Assembly: GCA_963746075.1 (NCBI GenBank)
Contig: CAVUZY010000004.1
Coordinates: 663,848 to 727,847, forward strand
Reading direction: 5' to 3'
Source of the DNA: an uncultured Chloroflexia bacterium
GTDB lineage: Bacteria > Chloroflexota > Limnocylindria > Limnocylindrales > CSP1-4
DNA: 64,000 bases
Shown here: positions 61,387 to 64,000 of the stretch, one piece after another
Position numbering within the stretch: the first letter of the stretch is position 1
Layout of the letters: each line of letters begins with the position of its first letter
Translations under genes and position numbers: made by a program
Notes under the pieces: generated by a model
What the model was told of the DNA's origin: nothing
The model's database searches: none
The model's input: only the letters and a program-made list of their open reading frames with translations

Positions 61387-62328
61387 ATGACCGTCCGCAC
61401 CGCCCGCCGCCCAGACCTCGACCTCCGCGCGCTCCTCGCCGATCCGCGGCGGTTCGCCGTCCTGACCCTCGTGGCGTTCACGCTGACGGCGGTCGGCGTG
61501 CTCGCGACCCCGCGCTCGACCCTGGCCTGGAGCGACAGCACCTTCAGCTCGGCGTCGGAATCGAAGCTCGTCAGCCTGACCAACCAGTCGCGCGCGGCGG
61601 CCGGCATGAAGTCGCTCAAGGTCGACTCCCGGCTGTCGGCGATCGCCCGCTCGCGCAGCAAGGACATGATCGTCCGCGACTACTTCAGCCACACGATCCT
61701 GGGCAAGGGCTACCAGGTCTTCCGCGTCCTCGACATGAAGGGCTATTGCTACAAGATCGCCGGCGAGAACATCGGCTGGAACAACTACCCGGACGACGTG
61801 GCGACGACCCAGGTCCATCACCAGTTCATGAACTCGGCCGGGCATCGAAAGAACATCATGGGCAAGGCCTGGGACGTGATCGGGATCGGTGCCTACAAGG
61901 GTACGGACGGCAAGAAGATGTGGACCGTCCTCTTCGCCGACAAGTGCGGCAGCTCGTCGGCCCCGAAGGCGACCCCGAAGCCCGCCCCGCGGGCGACGCC
62001 CAAGCCGCGCCCGGCAGCCACCCCGCGACCGACCGCCAGGCCCACGCCACGGCCGACGCCGAAGCCGACGCCGACGCCGGTCCGCGTCTTCATCCTCCCG
62101 TCCGATCCGCCCGAGGACACCGGGCTCGGGCTCGGGCCGGGCGGCCCGCACGACGGGATCGCCGGCGACGAGACCGGCGAGGGGATCGACCTGGCGGCGC
62201 TCGGCCAGGTCCGCGGCGCCGACCCGGCAACGTCCGAGGGCAGCCTGCGGGTAACCGACCCGACCACGCCGCCCGGCCTGTTCGAGGCCGTCGTCGGCGG
62301 CGTGGCCGGCTTCTTCTTCGGCGGCTGA
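61387..62328 (+). CDS. CAP/SCP/PR-1 domain secreted protein with a Pro/Thr/Lys-rich repetitive linker
   Basis: CAP motifs HTILGKGYQ...GENIGWN...HHQFMNSAGHRKNIMGKAWDVIGIGAY, signal/anchor helix, then ATPKPAPRATPKPRPAATPRPTARPTPRPTPKPTPTP. Confidence 0.65.
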   Translation: MTVRTARRPDLDLRALLADPRRFAVLTLVAFTLTAVGVLATPRSTLAWSDSTFSSASESKLVSLTNQSRAAAGMKSLKVDSRLSAIARSRSKDMIVRDYFSHTILGKGYQVFRVLDMKGYCYKIAGENIGWNNYPDDVATTQVHHQFMNSAGHRKNIMGKAWDVIGIGAYKGTDGKKMWTVLFADKCGSSSAPKATPKPAPRATPKPRPAATPRPTARPTPRPTPKPTPTPVRVFILPSDPPEDTGLGLGPGGPHDGIAGDETGEGIDLAALGQVRGADPATSEGSLRVTDPTTPPGLFEAVVGGVAGFFFGG

Positions 62329-62422
62329 CGACCGCCGGGCCGACGCCCCCGGCACGTCCCGACGCGCGGGCGACGCCGCGCGACCCGGACGACCGCCCGA
62401 CCCCGCGGGCTACACTCCCGGC

Positions 62423-63176
62423 GATGGCCGCGATCCTCGAGGCGCACGATCTCGCCAAGCGCTACCGCCTCGGCGCCACCACCGTCGACGCGCTGCGCGG
62501 CGTCTCCCTGACCGTCGACGCGGGCGAGTTCGTCGCCCTGATGGGCCCGTCCGGATCGGGCAAGTCGACCCTCCTCCAGCTCCTCGGCGGCCTCGACCGG
62601 CCGACCTCCGGCGAGGTGATCCTGCAGGGCGAGACGATCAGCCAGCTGTCCGACGACGCGGCGACGAAGCTCCGCCGCGACCGGACCGGCTTCGTCTTCC
62701 AGTCGTTCAACCTCATCCCGCTCCTCGACGTGACCGAGAACGTGGCCCTGCCGTTCACGATCTCCGGCGCCGACACCGGCAAGGGCGAGATCGCCGAGCG
62801 GATCCGCGACGTGATCGCCCTCGTCGAGCTCGCCGGCAAGGAGCGCCACAAGCCCGACCAGCTGTCGGCCGGCGAGCAGCAGCGCGTCGCGATCGCGCGT
62901 GCCCTCGTGACGAGGCCCGCCCTCCTGTTCGCCGACGAGCCGACCGGCAACCTCGACTACACGACCGGGACCGAGATCCTCGAGGCGCTCTGGCGGTCAT
63001 GCGTCGAACGCCACCAGACGGTCGTCCTCGTCACCCACGACTCGAAGGCCGCCGCCTACGCCGATCGGGTCCTCGTGATCAGCGATGGCCGGATCCGCGA
63101 CGAGATCGTCCTCGGCCGGCGCGACGAGCACGACACCGGCCCGTTGGTGAGCCGTCTCGCCGAGCTCGGTCTCTGA
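62423..63176 (+). CDS. ABC transporter ATP-binding protein (LolD/MacB-type)
   Basis: [45 protein letters not shown]. Confidence 0.85.
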
Positions 63177-63204
63177 CGGTGGACGAGCGGCGGCGGAGCG
63201 CGGC

Positions 63205-64000
63205 GTGATCTCGCTCGCGATCCGGAGCCTGCGAGCCCGTCGCGGCAGGACGGGCCTGTCGATCATCGGGATCGCCCTCGGCATCGCGGTCCTCTACGCA
63301 TCGCTCGCCACCGACGCCGGGATCAGCGCCTCGATCGGCCGAACCGTCCGCGACCTGGTCGGTCGGGCGGATCTCCGGGTCGAGGCGTTCGGACCGACCG
63401 GCCTCGCACCGGCCAGCCTGGCGGCCATCGAGGACGCCCCGGGGGTTGCCCTCGCGGCACCTGCCCTGGAGCGCCGGACCTATCTCTTCCCGTCCCTCAC
63501 GGACCCGTCGCCATCGGACCCGGTCACGGCCCTCGGCGTCGATCCTGCGAAGGAGTCGGCCGTACGTACTCTCGTCCTCGAATCGGGCGCCACCCTCAGC
63601 GGACCCGACGCGTTCGAGGCGCTCGTCAGCCAGACGCTGGCGACGGCGATCGGCACGACCGTCGGTGGTTCCGTGACCTTCCAGGCCGGCGACGGGACGC
63701 CGGTCGAGCTCCGGGTGGTCGGGATCGCCGTCGGTGACGGCCCGCTCGTCGGCTCGTCGGGCCGGACGGTCGTGCTGCCCCTCCGGACGATGCAGCGGAT
63801 CTTCGGCGACGACACGGTCAGCCGGGTCGATGTCATCGCGGGCGAGGGCGCGACGCCGGCGGAGGTCGCGACGGCCATCGGCGTCGCCCTGACGAGCGGC
63901 CCGTACGTCCTGTCGTCGCCGGCCGACGTCGCGAGCTCCCTGCGCAGCTCGACCGCCGACTTCCGCTCGACCACGGCGTTGATCGCGGCGGTGGCGCTCT
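63205..64000 (+). CDS. FtsX-family ABC permease, 5' portion (continues past the window end)
   Basis: GTG start; N-terminal TM LSIIGIALGIAVLYASLATDA followed by a periplasmic domain. Paired with the upstream ATPase. Confidence 0.65.
   Translation, partial: MISLAIRSLRARRGRTGLSIIGIALGIAVLYASLATDAGISASIGRTVRDLVGRADLRVEAFGPTGLAPASLAAIEDAPGVALAAPALERRTYLFPSLTDPSPSDPVTALGVDPAKESAVRTLVLESGATLSGPDAFEALVSQTLATAIGTTVGGSVTFQAGDGTPVELRVVGIAVGDGPLVGSSGRTVVLPLRTMQRIFGDDTVSRVDVIAGEGATPAEVATAIGVALTSGPYVLSSPADVASSLRSSTADFRSTTALIAAVAL

Overview
This is a very GC-rich (~70-73%) Actinobacteria-type chromosomal window, and most of it is core metabolism; the actinobacterial assignment rests on a mycothiol MshD-like tandem-GNAT protein, a standalone msiK, an actinobacterial-type dapD and a mycobacterial-type ThrC. 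The clearly recognisable genes are: a class II B12-dependent ribonucleotide reductase (nrdJ) with NrdR-box-like sites; ccsA; an adenosine deaminase; leucyl aminopeptidase pepA; a prepilin peptidase; an M23 peptidase; glgC and pgm; an NAPRTase-family protein; msiK; an MFS transporter; a HlyD/ABC/FtsX tripartite efflux operon; two paralogous MoxR-DUF58-VWA (Bat-like) modules, the second with two VWA genes and a coupled S1 protease; tRNA-His; a ThrC-like gene preceded by a SAM-I riboswitch; and a dapB-dapA-dapD cluster. The first ~3.5 kb is clearly lower in GC (~58%) and carries a translationally coupled operon whose architecture I do not recognise. It encodes a protein with two Bergerat-fold ATPase domains (an N-terminal MORC/HATPase_c_3-like GHKL domain plus a C-terminal HisKA-like/HATPase_c histidine-kinase core), then a receiver-domain protein with an unknown ~250-aa C-terminal domain, then a third gene that runs off the window edge. 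This is the best candidate for an undescribed, possibly defence-related, two-component-like system. The second-ranked novelty is a tandem pair of membrane-anchored HExxH gluzincin-like paralogs with cytoplasmic low-complexity tails. A technical caveat applies throughout: at least 13 conserved genes show single-base frameshifts, and the two junctions that could be localised fall in a short C run and a GC repeat, so this looks like assembly indels rather than true pseudogenes.
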